Source: Nonlabens ponticola (GTDB lineage Bacteria > Bacteroidota > Bacteroidia > Flavobacteriales > Flavobacteriaceae). Taken from it: DNA of 32,000 bases. Of the stretch, positions 29,940-32,000 are shown piece by piece (positions within the stretch are counted from its first letter, which is position 1; each line of letters starts with the position of its first letter). A program made the translations under genes and the position numbers. The notes under the pieces were generated by a model. The model was not told the origin of the DNA, ran no database searches, and saw only the letters and a program-made list of their open reading frames with translations. The DNA is taken from contig NZ_CP034549.1 in the NCBI RefSeq assembly GCF_003966335.1, positions 1,170,001 to 1,202,000 on the forward strand. Reading direction: 5' to 3'.

Positions 29940-30947
29940 ATGTATACATCGCGAATAGCGGGAATGGGTAAATATGTTCCTGAAAATATAGTCACAAACG
30001 ACGATCTCTCAAAAGTAATGGATACCAACGACGCGTGGATTCAGGAACGCACTGGTATCAAGGAACGTCGCCACATCAAGAAAGGCGACGGTAATACGAC
30101 TGCCGTGATGGGTGTCAAAGCTGCTGAAATAGCACTGGAACGCGCCCAAGTTTCTAAGGATGATATTGATCTCATCGTTTTTGCCACGTTATCACCAGAT
30201 TATTACTTTCCAGGTTGTGGCGTGCAGGTTCAGGATCTTATGGGGATTCACACCTGTCCAGCGCTGGATGTGCGCAATCAGTGTAGTGGTTTTATTTATG
30301 CTATTTCGGTCGCAGATCAATTTATAAAAACGGGCATGTATAAAAATGTCCTTGTGATAGGATCAGAAAACCATAGTGGTGGCCTGGATTTCACGACTCG
30401 TGGTCGTGGCGTGAGTGTAATCTTTGGTGATGGTGCCGGCGCGGCTGTACTCACAAGATCTGATACAGACGGTCATGGCGTGTTGTCGACACACTTGCAC
30501 AGTGAAGGTAAACATGCGCTAGAACTCTCATTGAAAGGTCCTTCTACTTTGCATTGGGTTCCAGAAATAATAGAGGAAAATCCTCAAGAGGATATTCCTT
30601 ACTATCCATATATGAACGGCCAGTTTGTATTCAAGAATGCGGTGGTTCGTTTTAGCGAGGTAATCATGGAAGGTTTGAAAACAAACAACCTGCAGGTTGA
30701 AGACATTGATATGTTGATACCACATCAAGCTAATTTGCGCATCTCTCAATTCATCCAGAAGAAATTCCAGCTAGCGGACGATAAGGTCTATAATAACATA
30801 CAACGCTACGGTAATACCACGGCAGCCAGTATTCCTATCGCATTATGCGAGGCATGGGAAGAAGGTAAGATCAAGGAAGGTGACACGGTAGTGTTGGCAG
30901 CCTTTGGTAGTGGGTTTACATGGGGCAGCGCTATTATGAAGTGGTAG
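29940..30947 (+). CDS. fabH: 3-oxoacyl-ACP synthase III (KAS III)
   Basis: MYTSRIAGMGKYVPENIVTNDDLSKVMDTNDAWIQERTGIKERR. The active-site Cys is in NQCSGFIYA, and HQANLRI and GNTTAASIP are present. The start is set at the ATG at 29940, because the track start at 29769 would overlap alkB by 75 nt and adds non-homologous residues. Confidence 0.85.
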   Translation: MYTSRIAGMGKYVPENIVTNDDLSKVMDTNDAWIQERTGIKERRHIKKGDGNTTAVMGVKAAEIALERAQVSKDDIDLIVFATLSPDYYFPGCGVQVQDLMGIHTCPALDVRNQCSGFIYAISVADQFIKTGMYKNVLVIGSENHSGGLDFTTRGRGVSVIFGDGAGAAVLTRSDTDGHGVLSTHLHSEGKHALELSLKGPSTLHWVPEIIEENPQEDIPYYPYMNGQFVFKNAVVRFSEVIMEGLKTNNLQVEDIDMLIPHQANLRISQFIQKKFQLADDKVYNNIQRYGNTTAASIPIALCEAWEEGKIKEGDTVVLAAFGSGFTWGSAIMKW

Positions 30948-30979
30948 TAGGAAATTAAAGCGCCATTGTTACCATAACA

Positions 30980-31007
30980 AAATCCCGAGCCTGCAAGCTC
31001 GGGATTT
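30980..31007 (+). terminator. Hairpin terminator after fabH
   Basis: aaatcccgagc (30980-30990), loop ctgcaa, gctcgggattt (30997-31007). This is a perfect 11-bp stem 33 nt after the stop. Confidence 0.65.
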
Positions 31008-31169
31008 CTAGTAACCAAATAAAAACACTAACCATTAATTATGAGTTATTTGGTCATGTATGAATCGATGTAAAATCGATTTCTTATCAAATAAATCAAT
31101 AAAGGTTTATCACTTCCTTCACTCAATAGACGATCATATCGTCGTAATGTTACACTGTAAGTAATAATT

Positions 31170-31532
31170 ATGTCTAAAAAAACACTGGTGCTAGGCGCCT
31201 CGCTTAAGGAAGAGCGATACTCAAACGTGGCGATCTACAGGTTGCGCAAATTCAATATTGATACAGTCGCAATTGGTCTGCGAGAAGGTCTGGTCGATGA
31301 TGTAAAACTGCATACAGATCTAGTGCCGTTTCAAGGAATTAATACGGTGACCCTTTATTTGAACCCTAAGAGGCAAGAGGCTTACTATGATTATATCATT
31401 AGCTTAAGACCTGAACGTGTCATCTTTAATCCAGGCACAGAAAACCCAGAGTTTTACAAGATGCTAGAAGAAAATAACATTAAGGTTGAGGTTGCTTGTA
31501 CGCTAGTCATGCTGGGTACTAATCAGTATTAG
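31170..31532 (+). CDS. CoA-binding domain protein (YccU-like)
   Basis: The 120-aa product has KTLVLGASLKEERYSNVAIYRLRKF...VTLYLNP...VIFNPGTEN, typical of small CoA_binding_2 proteins. Confidence 0.65.
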   Translation: MSKKTLVLGASLKEERYSNVAIYRLRKFNIDTVAIGLREGLVDDVKLHTDLVPFQGINTVTLYLNPKRQEAYYDYIISLRPERVIFNPGTENPEFYKMLEENNIKVEVACTLVMLGTNQY

Positions 31533-32000
31533 CAGTTAAATCTTCCTGCTGGGTAAACCAACTACCTATCCATAATCCTGCAACCGTAATCGCACCGTTC
31601 AAGATCAGAATAAAAAAACCGAATTTAAAGTTGGCTTGCGTTTCTGCCAGATAGCTTATCGCATAGGTAACAAATGGTGAGGCGATGGCGATGATAGGTA
31701 TCAGTTTATGATTGACTTTGACTTTTGTTAAGATCCCAAAACCAAACATACCCAACAGCGGTCCATACGTGTAACCAGCAAACACAAACAATTTGTTGAT
31801 TACACTCGCATCTTGAATGATGTATTCAAAACCTACAATCACAAGTATCAATACTATTGAAAATCCTACGTGAAACAGTTTGCGTAGTTGTTGTTGTTTC
31901 TGTTCTGCAAAGTTTTTTTCAAGCTTTACTATATCAACGGAGAAAGAAGTCGTGAGTGAAGTCAACGCGCTATCAGCACTGGAATAGGCGGCCGCAACCA
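31519..32000 (-). CDS. Sodium:solute symporter family protein, C-terminal part (5' end beyond window)
   Basis: The minus-strand frame stays open upstream of the track's TTG at 31965. Hand translation of 31966-31998 gives VAAAYSSADSA, continuing into LTSLTTSF, the conserved SSF-type motif. TM segments follow. Confidence 0.65.
   Translation of the reverse strand, partial: VAAAYSSADSALTSLTTSFSVDIVKLEKNFAEQKQQQLRKLFHVGFSIVLILVIVGFEYIIQDASVINKLFVFAGYTYGPLLGMFGFGILTKVKVNHKLIPIIAIASPFVTYAISYLAETQANFKFGFFILILNGAITVAGLWIGSWFTQQEDLTANTD

Noticed and set aside
21155-30749. Antisense or overlapping short ORFs within housekeeping genes (21155, 21171, 21666, 22419, 22586, 23694, 25052, 25750, 27357, 27665, 28935, 29421, 30528; also 30806-31018, which runs slightly past the stated end)
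   Set aside because: Each is fully or largely embedded in a longer ORF with clear family-level similarity. None shows a recognisable motif or its own promoter or terminator.
31019-31169. Possible riboswitch or sRNA in the 150-nt spacer before the CoA-binding gene (small hairpins atcgat-gtaaa-atcgat and gacgat-cat-atcgtc)
   Set aside because: There are only 6-bp AT-rich stems and no resemblance to any riboswitch class I know. This is insufficient evidence.
17444-32000. Genomic island or mobile element explanation for the accessory-looking genes
   Set aside because: No integrase, transposase, tRNA target, terminal inverted repeats or flanking direct repeats are visible. The composition of this part looks uniform by eye.

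Overview
This window looks like a Bacteroidota (Flavobacteriia-type) chromosome with a background of about 40% GC by eye. The first 17.4 kb is the 3' part of one enormous + strand gene. Its frame is open from nt 2, so the 5' end lies outside the window and at least 5813 codons are visible. It encodes a hyper-acidic, Asp-rich surface protein built from thrombospondin type-3-like Ca-binding repeats, one ~255-aa non-acidic globular insert, eleven SdrD-B-like domains and a T9SS type B C-terminal sorting domain. Two co-oriented genes follow it: a PorP/SprF-family gene and a PorE-like TPR/beta-propeller/CarboxypepD_reg/OmpA gene, which reads as a cargo with dedicated T9SS outer-membrane partners. 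The giant gene holds nested in-frame DNA tandem repeats of very different ages: 1143 bp x ~4.4 (almost identical), 339 bp x 11 (with a 1695-bp higher-order period) and ~660 bp x ~2.1. The young repeat blocks are visibly GC-richer than the rest of the gene. The remaining 14.5 kb carries prfC, idi, a PTPS/QueD-family gene, a type I phosphomannose isomerase, a DUF4369 lipoprotein, a DUF819 membrane protein, a TIGR03643-like gene, alkB, fabH, a CoA-binding protein and a partial Na+/solute symporter. It also carries a translationally coupled SdpR-like/SdpI-like/secreted alpha-beta-hydrolase operon. Two non-genic signals deserve follow-up. The first is a 14-bp perfect palindrome, GCTTTCGCGAAAGC, present four times: three times in frame as Ala-Phe-Ala-Lys-Ala in unrelated genes, and once as the core of a 22-bp intergenic palindrome. 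The second is a set of three heptanucleotide microsatellites, (TAACTAC)5.7, (AAGAAAC)6 and (CCGTCAA)17. Two of these abut or overlap the stop codons of minus-strand genes, and two fill the 360-bp region upstream of the SdpR-like gene. I recognised no rRNA, tRNA, CRISPR array, transposase or integrase.
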